From the NCBI GenBank assembly GCA_003990765.1, contig RBNJ01000296.1, positions 1 to 33,829 of the forward strand: a stretch of 33,829 nucleotides of DNA, written 5' to 3'. Source of the DNA: Jimgerdemannia flammicorona. Taxonomy: Eukaryota. Position 1 is the first letter of the stretch. Every line of letters starts with the position of its first letter. Positions 8,650 to 21,270 of this stretch are shown piece after piece. The notes under the pieces were generated by a model. The model was not told where the DNA came from, ran no database searches, and saw only the letters and a program-made list of their open reading frames with translations. The position numbers and the translations under genes were made by a program.

Positions 8650-11600
8650 GGTCATGACAGCGACTCTATGAAGATAGAGATAATACTTATAATTCTAATA
8701 TAAATATAAATTATAATGTAGGGATAACTCTAAATACAAACCTACCAGTTATAGAAAGATTATTTTTAGGAATTAGGCGCGAATATAAAACATCACTAGA
8801 TACAGATTCATTAGAAAATCACAGATTTCATGTCAGACCTACTTTTGAGCATAGAAGGCCTGGCTCCAAGCCATCTACTACACAGATGAGATCAAGCAAG
8901 CCCTGAAGGATCAGCTTAACACAACTTACCAAGAAATGAGTGAGGATCTAAACACATTCTACACCAGAATCTGATATTAGATAATTCTTACAAATTATAC
9001 TGCCACTATCTGAGATTAAGTAGCTGGGATAATCTTTATGAAAAGAGTTCACCCAGAGATAGTCCTAGCTATCTACTTATCACCAATAGTCTTAGATCTA
9101 TCACAAAAAGTCACTTATGCCCAGTGATACTGGATAGCCAGACACCCACAAGACTATATAATGGAAAGTATCACCAGAGTTAGAATCAAAGCACCTAAGG
9201 CAACTAGTGTGATCCTTACTATAGTAATCAATTAAAATACACCTCAGTCAAGAGCTACTAAGTAACAGAGAAATAGTGACCCTATGGAGGAACTTGTCAA
9301 GAAGTTTGCCAAAATGACAGTTTATCTAGAAGATATGATAAAGAAAATTAAAGGAAGAGACTAGTACCTAGTTCAGAAATTTGCCACTACCTTAGACAAG
9401 AAGATAGATATCTGCTACACTTGCAGAAAAGAAGACTACTACTCATATAAATATATAAGTGAAATTAAGTGCAAGGTCTAGCTAAGTAATACTATTTGAA
9501 ATAAGAAATAGATCAATATCATTATCTTTGAAAAGATTGAGGAATCAGATGAAGAGGAATGGGAAGTCTACTCTGCTGAGACTATCAAGAAAAATATCTG
9601 CAAACAACCCTATAAGAGACCACCAGAGAGATCTAAGAAGAACTCTATAGAAAAGCAGATAGAGACTGCTATGGAAAGTTAAGATAAAGAGACAGATTAA
9701 GATATAGAGCTAGAACAGGCTATTCAAGATATCATCTAAGGAATCACTCTAGCTAGTAAAGAAGAAAAGGAGAAGAAGCTTTACAAAATCAAAACCTTCA
9801 AGTATAATATCTTCAAAGACCTCAGTCAATAAAAGGTCAATACAATCTTTGGCAAGTTGGCAGAAATACTCACATTTAGACAGCAAATGAGATATAGACT
9901 GGCTGAGACAACCAAGAAGCAAGGTTGGAAGATAACCAAGGCCAACAATGTTTAAGAAGACTCAGGAGATGAGAGCAAAGATAATCATAAGACCTCTGTC
10001 TATACAACCTATCAGATTAAAGATAGAATCTTCAAAGCTATCATTGATACAGGAGCAGAAGGATGTCTCCTCAGCAAGAAAGCAGCAGACCACCTAGGTT
10101 GAGAAGTTGAAGAAGTAATCAAATTGGTATTTATCACAGCAGATAGCACAAGAGCCACACCTCTAGGAAAGATCCAAGATATTCCTATCAAGTTTGAGAG
10201 AACAACTATTCTAGTATATATGATCATGACCAATGCCACCAACTATGATATCTTCATCAGCAACCAGTGGCTTTACATATAAAGCCAAGGTAATAATCAA
10301 TCTGAATACCCAGAAGATGCAGATCATCTGCTGAGATCAGAAGATGCAAATTCCCATTAATGTCAACAAAAGAGTACTGCCTGAAATGGAGGAAGAAGAA
10401 AGCAAGCAAGAAGAAGCCTATATAGTGACTACTGAGAAAAAGAAGAAGAAAGTCAGAGAGATCAGTAAAGAAGACTGGTGCAAGAAGATTACAGAAGAAT
10501 ATACACTACAAGGAGTCTGCCTCCATGGAATCAAGATGTACTATAGTGAGCACATTAATGACTGCTACCAATGTAGCATTAGTATCAGAAAGATCTACTA
10601 GGAAAGAAAACAAAAGGCTCTCGAAAAGCAGGCAAGAGAAGAGGAGGAAGAGGATGATGAACCACTAGCCCTTCTGGAGGATAGTGATGATAAAGAAGAA
10701 ATCAAGATCAAGATTTAGAGAATCTACCTCAATGCAGTTCTACCAGAATACAAGTCAGAGAATACAGCCAAAATACAGTAAAAGAAACCATATTAGAGCC
10801 CCAGACAACTACCCTACTAGCAACTGGTCTAGAGATAACCATTCCAAAGGACTATATCAGAATCCTCAAGACAAGAAGCAGCCTGGCTAGGAGTGAAATT
10901 ACAATTGAAAGAGGAGTCATCAATGTAGATTACATTGAAGAAATACTACTTATTGCTAGAAATCACAATTCTATGATTCTATTTCCAATCAAGAAGAAGA
11001 ACCAACTGGTACAGATATTGATCTTCTCAGTTTTTCAGTCAAGAATAATAGAAGTTAAGAAGTTGAAGGAAATGGAAAGAGGAAGGAAAGAATTCAGATC
11101 CATAAAAAGAGGAGTATTTGCTAGTACCAAGATTACTGAACTGGATCACAAGAAGGAAGAAACTACAAACAGAGATAGCTATACTATTGGAAATAAATTT
11201 CCACTCAAGAAGGAACTCAAGAAGATACTCTATGAATTCAAGGATATCCTAGCCATGGATTTCAAGGATATCAAAGAATAGATCCCACACTACTATTATA
11301 ATGTAGATATACATAGAAGATACTGAACCAATCTATCAAAAAGCAAGGCCAATACTATCAGCCTACTGTAAATGGCTCAGAGAAGAAATCAAGCAGATAA
11401 AAGAAGCCAGTATCATTAAAGAAGCCAGCAGTCCCTGGGCTTCACCAGTTGTACTAGCTCCAAAAAAAGAAAGCAAGCCAGGAGAATTTGCCCCAAGACT
11501 CTGTACTGATTATAGGAAGCTTAACTTAGATATCAAGAAAGATTATCAATCATTACCTCTTATTAGTGATATCTTCATAATCTTAGAAGATGAAGTACAG

Positions 11601-14600
11601 TACTATAGTATCTTAGACCTATAATCAGGATTCTACCAAATAAGCCTCACTGAAGCAGCAAGCAAAAAGTCAGCCTTCATCATCTCAGATAGAACCTATG
11701 TCTATCTGCAAATACCATTCAGAATGTGCAATGTCCCTACAAGCTTCCAGTGAATAATGAACAAAATCTTCCACTATGATATGGGAAGATGGATGATAGT
11801 TTATATAGATGATATTATTATCTATAGTAAGATAGCTGAAAAATATCTACAGTATATCCAGCAGATGATAGAGAAGCTAAGATAGTATGGTCTTTACATC
11901 AAGCCCAAGAAGTGCAAGTTTGCAGAAATTGAGATTATCTATCTTGGCCATATCATTAATCAAGATGGAACACATACAGACCCCCTCAATATTCAAGCAG
12001 TAGCAGTATATCTAAGGCCTACCACAGTTACTGAAGCCTAAGCCTTTATGGGACTCACCTCTTACTACTAAAGATTTATCAGAGAATTCTTTAATATCAC
12101 AAATCCAATCTATGAACTCAATAAGAAGGATATTAAGTTCTAATAAACTGGTAGATAATAAAAAGTATTTGATAAACTTAAGGTCAGACTGATCTAGGCA
12201 GCCATTCTCAGAAGACCTAATTGAACTCAAGAATTTATCCTATAGATAGATATATATAAGTACCTAAGAACTAGGAGTAGTCCTGGTCTAGAAGAAAGAT
12301 AAGATAGAATATATTATCACATATCTTAGCTGAGGAGCTCAAGGAGCTGAAAAAGAGTATGAATCCTATAAGCTGGAATATCTTGCAGTTATCTGGACTA
12401 TAGAGAAGTTCCACTATTATCTAACAGGAAGATACTTCACCATTCAGACAGATCACTCAGCCCTCACTTAGCTACTGACCACTGGGTAACCTAAAGGAAT
12501 CTATGCTAGATAGATCATAATTTTGCAAGTCTATAATATAACTATTGTGCACTACTCAGGAAAAATCAATGCCAATGTAGATACTCTCTTACAGATACTC
12601 CAAAGGACCCCCAATCAGTAAATCAATTATGAATAAGGAGCTCTACTACAGAATCATTATCTATCTGAAATAGCAAAAGATGCCCCAACATCTGGAAGAA
12701 TAGACACAAATGATTATCAATAGAATATAAAAACAATTTGAAACTGATAGAGAAATACTAAAGAAAGAAAAACTACTAGTTATACCTAAATATAAGAATG
12801 AGCAAGTAATGAAATCAGTATATAAACTTAGCTATCTAGGAGGAATAAATACATATGATAAAGCAAGAAGAACAATATAGTGGTCAGGAATGGAGAAAGA
12901 TATTAGACAATTTGTCAAGATCTGTGATAAATATCAGAAACAGAAACAAGACTAATGAAATCAGACTCTGGAATCAGCACACATCAAACTAATATTCTTT
13001 ACACACATTGCAATAGATGTAATCACCTCTTTACCCTTGACTTTGATGGACAACTAATATATCATAGTTATTGTAGACCTTTTCACAAAATAGATAGAGA
13101 TAAGACCTCTCAAAAAAGCCAATACACAGTCAATTGCTAATTTTTTCTATAAAGAAATTATCTGCTGATTCAAACCCCTAGCACAAGTAACTACAGACAG
13201 AGGAACAGAATTTGTGAATTAGTTCTTTAAGATTCTCTATAAGAAGTATAAGATCCAGCACATTTGGACTATAGTGTACTATTCTTAAGAAAATGGACAA
13301 GCAGAAAGGACCAATAAGACTCTCAAGAATATCATTATCAAGATCTGCAATAATTATGAAAATTGGAATCACTATCTGCCAATAGTATTATTCACTCTTT
13401 GAGATATCTAATCACAAAGTATTCATTTCACCTCTTGAGAGATGCTGTTTAGAGAAGAAAGTTCTCAAGAAACTCTATTGTCTAATAGAGATACTATATA
13501 GAAATACATGAATACAGAGATATGAAAACTATATCAAATTAGAAAGAAGGCTGAGAATTATATAACCAAGGTACAGATACTATAATAGAATAATGCAGAA
13601 AAGATTTACAAGACCCTAGAGATTATCAAGATAGGAAATAAAGTTCTGGTATATTGAAATATAATAGAAGCTTCATGATTATAAAAACTGAAGCCTAAGT
13701 AGGAAGAATCTTATCTCATATAAGATATAAAAGAAACTACCTTTTGGCTATAGAAACTCTCAAACACAATCATCTCTACTATCATTTACTGAAACCAACT
13801 CAAGAAGTATCATGACTAACCAATAGAGTACTGTCACAGCCCTCAAGATCATCAGTGCTACATAGTGAGCTATAGAAAGACAATAGTATATTACTGAGCT
13901 ACTGACCATAGAAGAATCCTTTGACAGTATACAGAGTATAGTCCAGACATACTTGTTATAAATCTCATACTTCAAAGTCTATTAGAACTGAACTGAGTTT
14001 CAAGAATACTTCAAGTTGAGACAACTACTAAACTCACAGCTAGATATGGGAAAAAAAGACTAGATTAGAGTGTGTCAGCTCTCTCATGCTCAGATCACAA
14101 CTACTGAATGAGTCAATAAGATATTCAAGAATGATGAGCTGGCCCTAGCCTATCTTCATAAAGTAGTCTCAGGAGACTTTGAATATATCAAGAGATATTA
14201 CTGAGAGTATATAATAATACAAATTACACAATATAAGAAGATATAAATTGTAGAAGCTTAGAAGTTTGAATAGGATATTTCAGAGATAAATCACCTATTT
14301 AAGAGGAAGTTATAATGGTCAATCCAAATTAAGAATATGAATCAGAAGAATTAGACATTTGATCATGGTACCTAAACTCAATTTCTGATATAGTATAGTC
14401 TTACAAACAGCAGTTATTGTTATTTTACAACTGTTAAAGTTTTCACAAATGTTAAACTTTTTGCAAATATTAAACTTTTAGCAATTGTCAAAGTTTTAGC
14501 AGATATTAAAAGATTTAACACTTGTGAAAAGTAACTCACAGAAAACATAATTATAACTTAGCCACCCTAGAGTGAGCAAATTTATATAAATATCCCAATA

Positions 14601-14792
14601 TTTAGAGTGAATAAACCTCAGATCAAAATAGTTCAAGTAAAGAGAAAGCAAAGAAACTAGTAAGCCTGCAGGCAGATACACTTCAAACTCACTCCTCTGT
14701 ACCCTGAGGACTCTGCAAGAGTCAGAACAAGTCAAGTTTTCAAGATACAGAAATCCACCATACTTCTGAGGTTAGGCATCTGCTATATTACA
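8650..14792 (+). mobile_element. Degenerate Ty3/gypsy LTR retrotransposon (gag-PR-dUTPase-RT-RNaseH-INT plus an extra 3' ORF); many stops; boundaries approximate
   Basis: Decayed zinc knuckle CYTCRKEDYY (~9413); protease AIIDTGA (~10036); dUTPase TGL..IP, RSSLA, GVINVDY (10820-10945); RT SSPWASPVV, RLCTDYRKLN, LDL*SGFYQI, VYIDDIIIYS (~11800); RNaseH TDHSAL (~12450); integrase VTTDRGTEF, NGQAERTNKTLK (13187-13327). The RT-RH-INT order is gypsy type. Confidence 0.93.
14523..14792 (+). repeat. Putative 3' LTR of the gypsy element
   Basis: TG...CA bounded, TATA-like box and AATAAA; shares agagtgaataaacctcag with 22057-22074; no matching 5' LTR or clear PPT found. Confidence 0.35.
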
Positions 14793-15115
14793 ACAGTAAG
14801 CACAGTAAGCACAGCAAGTATAGTAAGCACAACATGCATAGCAAGTGCAGCAAGCACAGTAAACACAGTCAATACTGTAAGAACAACAAATATAATAAGT
14901 ATAGCAAGCATAATAATACAGTATTTATTAATAACAAATATATATATAGTAATAAACACAATAAGTACAGTAAGCACAGCAAGCATGGTAAGCACAGTAA
15001 ATACAGTAAGTATAGTAAGTACAGTAAGTGCAGTAAGTGCAGTAAGCACAGTAAGCACACAGTAAGTGCAGTAAGCACAGTAAGCACAGTAAGTGCAGTA
15101 AGTACAGCAAGCACA
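14793..15115. repeat. Degenerate 9-bp satellite (agtaagcac)n
   Basis: Repeated agtaagcac/agtaagtgc/agcaagcac units; it generates the spurious CTY/VLT ORFs. Confidence 0.85.
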
Positions 15116-17488
15116 AATACAGGTAGTATGAATGTCAGAAATTATTATTTGAGAGTCAGAGCAGAGTAATCTGGTAGGTGGCATGAATGTCAGAAATTGA
15201 TAAGACATTATCGAAATACTAAATAGTTAGATGGATAATAGTAGGATATATCAGATAGTTGTTTATTATAAAGTATCTGTAGTGAGCACAGTAAAAATAT
15301 ATATGGCATACATTTATAGAGTGGTACTTTCATATAATGGGACCGGAAAATCACTTGCAGATGTAGAATATGGAGGGTGTGCATTTAGCTACAGGTCCAA
15401 GCTTGGGACTGAGCCTGAGCGTGCACTTAGGGAGGGTGAACTGTATCCCCTGATTGTTGTTCCTAATTTGGATCAACCGTCATATTATTATAATTAATTC
15501 ATGCGATGTGGAAGGAAAACCTCTTGTGATTATGGTGATCTCTAAAGCACGTTTGCAAACTCGTGTAACTCTTAACTGGCTTTCAATGATGGTAGAACTT
15601 GTTCAGTGTCAACAATAATCTGCCGCGTGAGTTATGCCTATATATATATATATATTGCCTTTCTAAAACGGGTTCGATTATTTGGCTGATCCACGTTTCG
15701 ATTTTGCGCTAGCTCGGAAATGTAATTTGGCCCATTCCGGTTAATTAAGCACGAAATTAAAACGTAGGGTTCACTAATCCCGAGGTAAGCAGTCTCGTTA
15801 TTAACAGCGAGAATCCGAGGAGGAATTTTATTCTCGCATATGTGCTTTGTGCAATGTACTGGTGGTTGTACCTTTGCATAGACAGCTACTTCGAGTCATC
15901 CGTTGTGGAAGAATCAAAGCCTCATGAACAGTCCCAGTCAGATTATAGTGACACTTTGAGTTGTAATAAATAAACGATTTAAAATCGTCAGTATCAGTTG
16001 TCACAAACTTCGACCAACAGACACCAAAATGTAATTATCCTTCGCTGCGCCCCAGACATAATTAGATAGCAACAATAACCTAGAATGAGACGATTTTTAT
16101 GTCATCCGACTTGGCGGTGGAAACCGACGTACTATATAGTCAACGTGTCAAACTGCTTTCCTGACCATCACGTGCTAACGACATGACTATGAGAACATTC
16201 ACCTGTAAAAACAGCTTTTGACCCTACCTGCCGTCGCCATTACCAACCATATAACCTGATAGTCTCCAATGAGTACGTCTATTTATTTTTTTCATTGCTG
16301 TATAGGGTAGGGAGTTCGGGAACACAGGAACGAAATCATGTCTCGATCGAGAGACTTGATCAAGATTGTGACATTACATGACCGTGACAGCCTGGTGGCC
16401 CGATGATATGTGGTCTGGGAGTTCGGTGATTTTCACGGTTTGTTTACTGCAGTTAATACCACAAAACAATAACGATTAACCGCAGAACACCATAACCGGC
16501 GAACGATGACGAATAACTGTGGAAACAATAACTTACTGTATGAAGGGTTATTGTTTTGCGTCTCGCGTAAACACGTCGTGGTCACTCAAGACTCGAGACG
16601 TCTCGGTCTCATTTGGAGCACTGGGCAACATTTGACTCCCTTTTACGATTCTCCTAGTTTTAAATTAACCATGGAACCACAGCTGCTTTACATATAGTGT
16701 AAGGATGTAAATACAATACCTCTGATCAAAAAACCACGAGCTAGCCCCCTGCAGTCGCATACAAAATAATCAGGTAGATCTCTCTTCCATAATTAAAAGT
16801 TACACGGTGGGATGGAATGATAAATTTGCGGGCCTGGTACATATAAAGACCTTCCCAAATGGATTTCAAAAGAATTAAATATTTGTCAATCGGCGTGTTT
16901 TGTTTACTGCGGTCCGAATTTAATGTTCCCGGGCGTTGGAACGGAATGACGGATGTGTTTCTGTAAACCCGACCCGACCCGCCCAAATTTAGAAACCCGT
17001 ATAATTGACGGAATTGATCCTCCGAACGTCTCGCTCTTTCTCCGAGGAGACCGAGGAGACCGAGACGATGACGTAATCACGTGTCTCGCACGTAGCTGCG
17101 ACAGGTGATGTTTTGTTCCATTCCGAATTGGTGGTTTTGGCCTGTTGGAGTAGATTATTATATTGGATTTTTCTATGAGAGTAGCCGCGGAAATGCCTAT
17201 TAGGCAAAATTAATTCTACACACGCTTTATCTGGTAGAGATTTCTGCGTGCAGGAAATCCTACTGGACTATTTTGGTTTAGATCGACTGAATTGTTTCAT
17301 TTGTGTGGGTTTCGGCAACTTCGTTTATGAGTTTCACGGCGAAATAAACATGGCTGTGTGACGCTAAAGAAGGCTGATGCGGATGATAATATAAACACAT
17401 GGAGGGGTTTGCCATCCGCAGTTTATATTATAAAGGGTCCGTTTGTCCTTTCCCAAACCGCAGAGCCACCTTCCAGACCTTGCCCAAT

Positions 17489-18740
17489 ATGAAGGCAGTC
17501 TCCGCTATGTACACTGCGACCGCCATGGTCGCTATACTCCTCTCTGCATACACTACTCCAGTAAGCTCTAAGTGCTGGCCCTCCGACACCTATACATACA
17601 TCATCCAGCACGGCAACAATAGCAATTGGCATTGGAGTTTAAATAATGGCAGCACGTGGGTTTTCGTCACGTTCTTGCTCATCGATATTATCCATGTTTA
17701 TATTTACTTACATTCCACACATCTTCACGATAAATAGGGAATTGGGCACCGCAATTATCAATTCGCCGGGCCAAGACTATACACTTAATGACTACTTCAC
17801 ACTTTCCATGATCAACAGTACCTATCTGTTCCACCCAAGGAATGTGCGGAATAATAGCGCATGCGTCGTCGTTGACAACAGCGGCTTCCTCCAGCTCTCG
17901 GGCTGCGACACCAGTTCCGGGGACGCGAGACTGTTTTGGATCAGTGAGTATCAAGATGAATTTCAGAACGCTTATAGGGTGATTTTGTTCTTAAAATGCT
18001 GAATGAACACTCTTTTTCTGTGCTGTCTATTTCCAGACTGTGATTCCGAAGATCCCAACCTTACGCTCTCCGGCTGTCTTATCCAACCCAATAATGGCAA
18101 TCCCCAAAACTTGGTTGTTGCGGCGCTTGCTGATCCCGATACCGGCGGTAGGTGCTCTTTTTATTTGATGCTTCAACTTCCTCCTGATAATTATCCAAGA
18201 TGGAATCAATAGTTTCGCACATTTTAAAATAGCTTTCAATCACTACTCCCTATAGTAAGCAGGATCGTTATCAACAGCAATATCAAAAGCAACAATCAGA
18301 CATGGAATTTAATTCTCGTGTAAGTATTCTGTATGCAATGTACTGGAGGTTTCAGCATGTTCTACCTTTGAGTAAAATCTCATAACTATCTCAAACCTGC
18401 ATATACCTAAAGGAATAGAAACCCCGCCCCCTCTCCTCCCAATATTACAAATATCACATCTCCAAACGATCCTGGTACGGGGTTGAACGCCGTCACAATC
18501 GCCACTATTGTGGTTGGAAGCATCGTGTTTCTCATGGTGATATCTCTGGTGTTTATATTCTATATGCAGCGAAAGCGGAGAATAACCACGGTGCATTCGA
18601 GAAGTGACAGCTCTGGTGGTTTAGAGTCATCTCCGCTGGAAGGGTCCACAAATAACACCATCGCGGGAGTGTTAAAGCCTCACGATCCAAACGAGATAGA
18701 GTATAAACCTGAACAATTCGATCCAAAACCCAACTCCTAG
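17489..18740 (+). CDS. Type I single-pass membrane protein with a ricin-B/beta-trefoil-like ectodomain; 5 exons, 291 aa
   Basis: Exons 17489-17655, 17738-17943, 18037-18147, 18256-18319, 18413-18740 (876 nt, in frame, GT-AG). Signal peptide; ACVVVD...LQLSGCD; LFW; NQTW (QxW); Pro/Thr linker; TM AVTIATIVVGSIVFLMVISLVFIFY followed by basic QRKRR. Confidence 0.72.
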
Positions 18741-19059
18741 GAAGAGGATGTCATAGTGACACTATTCATTCTATATATTTATCTTGAAGCCATTTAGGTA
18801 ATATATTTTACATGCATTCATAACAAACTAATAACGGCTAATTTATTGAAATAGATCCAGGAAAAGGGTCGTGAAGTGGTTGTGAATGGTTCGTTTATTT
18901 TCCTTAAGTGGGTCGTAATACGGCGTTCGGTTCGTGGACGGAATTTATAAAGTCGCAGGGTAGCGAAAAGTGGCATAGGTGAAGTCGGCTAGTAAGCGCG
19001 AGGTAAATAGGTAACTTTGTCAGTTACCGGCTAGAAATTTAAGGCGTCAAACCTATCAA

Positions 19060-19128
19060 AACGTGGATCGACAACAAAATTTGGATCGACAATCAAAAAT
19101 CGGATCGACAACAAATCTGGATACGTCA
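19060..19128. repeat. MITE-like end with ggatcgacaacaaaa subterminal repeats
   Basis: Three ggatcgacaa units ending in aaatctggatacgtca; related to 21079-21270. Confidence 0.5.
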
Positions 19129-19269
19129 CCAGAGTTCTGTAAACCATGATCTTTATTGCAAACATAAGCATCTATGATGAATTGTCACATGAGTCTGAGC
19201 TAAAGAAATGGCAGTCTGTTCTCTCTCCTTTATCCCCACTTGCACCTGCAACAACCTTTCTATACGTCT

Positions 19270-19912
19270 CCTCCCTTGCCATTTTGCCGAAATTTCCCTC
19301 CACTGCCAAGTTTCCGTTCCCTCCCCCTGCTGAGTTTCTGTTCCTTCCACCGCCAAGTTTTCTTTCCTTCCACTGCCAAGTTTCCATTTTCTCCACTGCC
19401 GAGTTTCTATTTCCTTCACTCCCGAGATTCCGTTCCCTCCACTGCCAAGTTTCGTTCTCTCCACCGCCAAGTTTCCATTCCCTCCACAAAGTTTCTGTTC
19501 CCTCCATTGCCAAGTTTCTGTTCCTCCACTGCCAAGTTTCTGTTCCCTCCACCACCAAGTTTCTGTGCCACGTTTCCGTTCCTTACACTGCCAAGTTTCT
19601 GTTCCATCCAGCGCCAAGTTTTGTTCCCTCCACCATCCACTGCCAAGCTTCCGTTCCCTCCACTGCCAGGTTTCCGTGCCCTCCGCTGTTCCCTCTTGCC
19701 GCAATTTCCGTCCGCTGCCAAGTTCCATTCCCTCTTGCTGCAATTTCTCTCCACTGCCAAGTTTCCATTCCCTCTTGCTGCAATTTCCCTCCGCTGCCAA
19801 GTTTTCGTTAGCTGCAATTTCCCTCGGCTGCCAAGTTTCTTTTTGTCGCAATTTTCCTCTGCCGCCAAGTTTCCACTTGCTGCGATTTTTCCTCCGCCGT
19901 CAAGTTTCTGTT
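19270..19912. repeat. About 23-bp degenerate minisatellite (ccactgccaagtttctgttccct)n
   Basis: Roughly 25 gccaagttt-cored units; explains the overlapping low-complexity ORFs on both strands. Confidence 0.85.
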
Positions 19913-20569
19913 TGCTGAGATTTTCCTCCATCATGGGCGTACTGCGTATGCACGTGCACTCGGTCAGTTCGCAATCGCGCAATCGAAGTAGCGGGAAAAG
20001 AGATATATATGGAGGCAGGTGGGAGTGCAAATAAATGCAAGAGTGATGATGAAGATCTGAAACCCGGTAAATCAATTATCGTGGCCTTTGACCTGGATTC
20101 GGCCGAGATATACTTTGCTCTTTGCTGATTCTCTATCACTTCGTCAAGGTATGATGGATTCTCACTCAATACATTCCCTGCTATTCTTCAATTAATCAAG
20201 ATGATTGTATAGTCAGGCTCTTCCTTGTCCGAATTCCTTTCATATCCCTTGTCCAAATTCCCTTCCATTGTCCAAACCCCTTCACGTTCTTCCCTCACCC
20301 GAATCTCTCGTCCGAGCCCGTTCTGATTCCGACCCTGCCAAAGTTGGGCACCGAAGTGTCACTCTAGTTTTCAGCGTTCTTCTAATTTCATATCTCTCTT
20401 TCCAATTCCATCATCACTTCAACGCTTTCTGACACGGCGTTCGCAATCTGATCCCATCTTCCGTTCTAATTTCTCGAATATATTCTGCCTGCCGCTCAAG
20501 TTCAACACAGCCGATCCAACACCGATGACATTATATTTTGAGAGCTCAGCAAGTATAACTGTATCTTGG

Positions 20570-20640
20570 TTCGCATGGTTTGCACGATTTGCACGGTTTG
20601 CACGGTATGCGCGGTTTGCACGGTTTGCACGGTTTGCACA
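20570..20640. repeat. 9-bp tandem repeat (tgcacggtt)n
   Basis: About 8 units seen directly. Confidence 0.85.
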
Positions 20641-20663
20641 GCTTGTATGGCTTCTGTTGGCTT

Positions 20664-20972
20664 TAGGGATCCCAGATGGCTGGCTATATGGCCAATGGCT
20701 GGCCAGGGTGGCTCGGCTTTAAATTTACAGCCAACTGGCCAAGTGGCTTGGCCTTAGATTTAGTCTGATCAGCTAGCCAATCCATAAATTTAAGGCCGAG
20801 CCACCTTGTCTCAGTCAAGTGGCATTATGGACCTTTTATTTAATTTGGAAAATTTGGAAATCAAAACAGCCAAATAAGGCCTGGCCACTTGGCCAATTAG
20901 TCAATTTATAAATTTAAGACCAATCCACCCTGGCCAGCCATTGGCCATATGGTCAGCTATCTGAGATCCCTA
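20664..20972. mobile_element. hAT-type MITE (309 bp)
   Basis: Long imperfect TIRs starting TAGGGATC...GATCCCTA; perfect 8-bp target-site duplication GTTGGCTT at 20656-20663 and 20973-20980. Confidence 0.9.
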
Positions 20973-21078
20973 GTTGGCTTGTATGATTTGTAGGACTTGG
21001 GTGGTGTAAGCTTAAGTGCTTTGTTCAATAACCTAAGGTTAAGTGGATATAGCAAGGATAAGCCCAGCCGCCTAAAAA

Positions 21079-21270
21079 CGTATCTAATTAAAATATTATT
21101 CCATTATGTGATATGAATATATTACTGTCAATCCAATTTTTGATATTGATTCAATGTCGTCGATCCAATTTTTGTTGTCAATCCAATTTTGTCGTCGATC
21201 CAATTTTTGTCGTCGATCCAATTTTTGTCGTCGATCCATTTTTTTTTTTCGATCAAATTTGGAGACGTCA
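21079..21270. mobile_element. MITE-like element with tandem gtcgtcgatccaattttt subterminal repeats
   Basis: About 6 units of 17-18 bp, the reverse complement of the 19060 units; ends in aaatttggagacgtca and starts with acgtatc. Confidence 0.5.

Noticed and set aside
8400..8650. 5' LTR and primer-binding site of the gypsy element
   Set aside because: No convincing match to the 14523-14792 segment and no clear tRNA-complementary site
14783..15208. Cys/Tyr-rich and hydrophobic ORFs (CTYCAY, VLTVL)
   Set aside because: Translations of the 9-bp agtaagcac satellite
19146..20075. Several 200+ aa ORFs on both strands
   Set aside because: Products of the stop-poor 23-bp minisatellite; low complexity in all frames
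21125..21240. Possible CRISPR-like array (also considered 19270-19912 and 22437-22720)
   Set aside because: Units are contiguous with no unique spacers, the context is eukaryotic, and there are no cas genes
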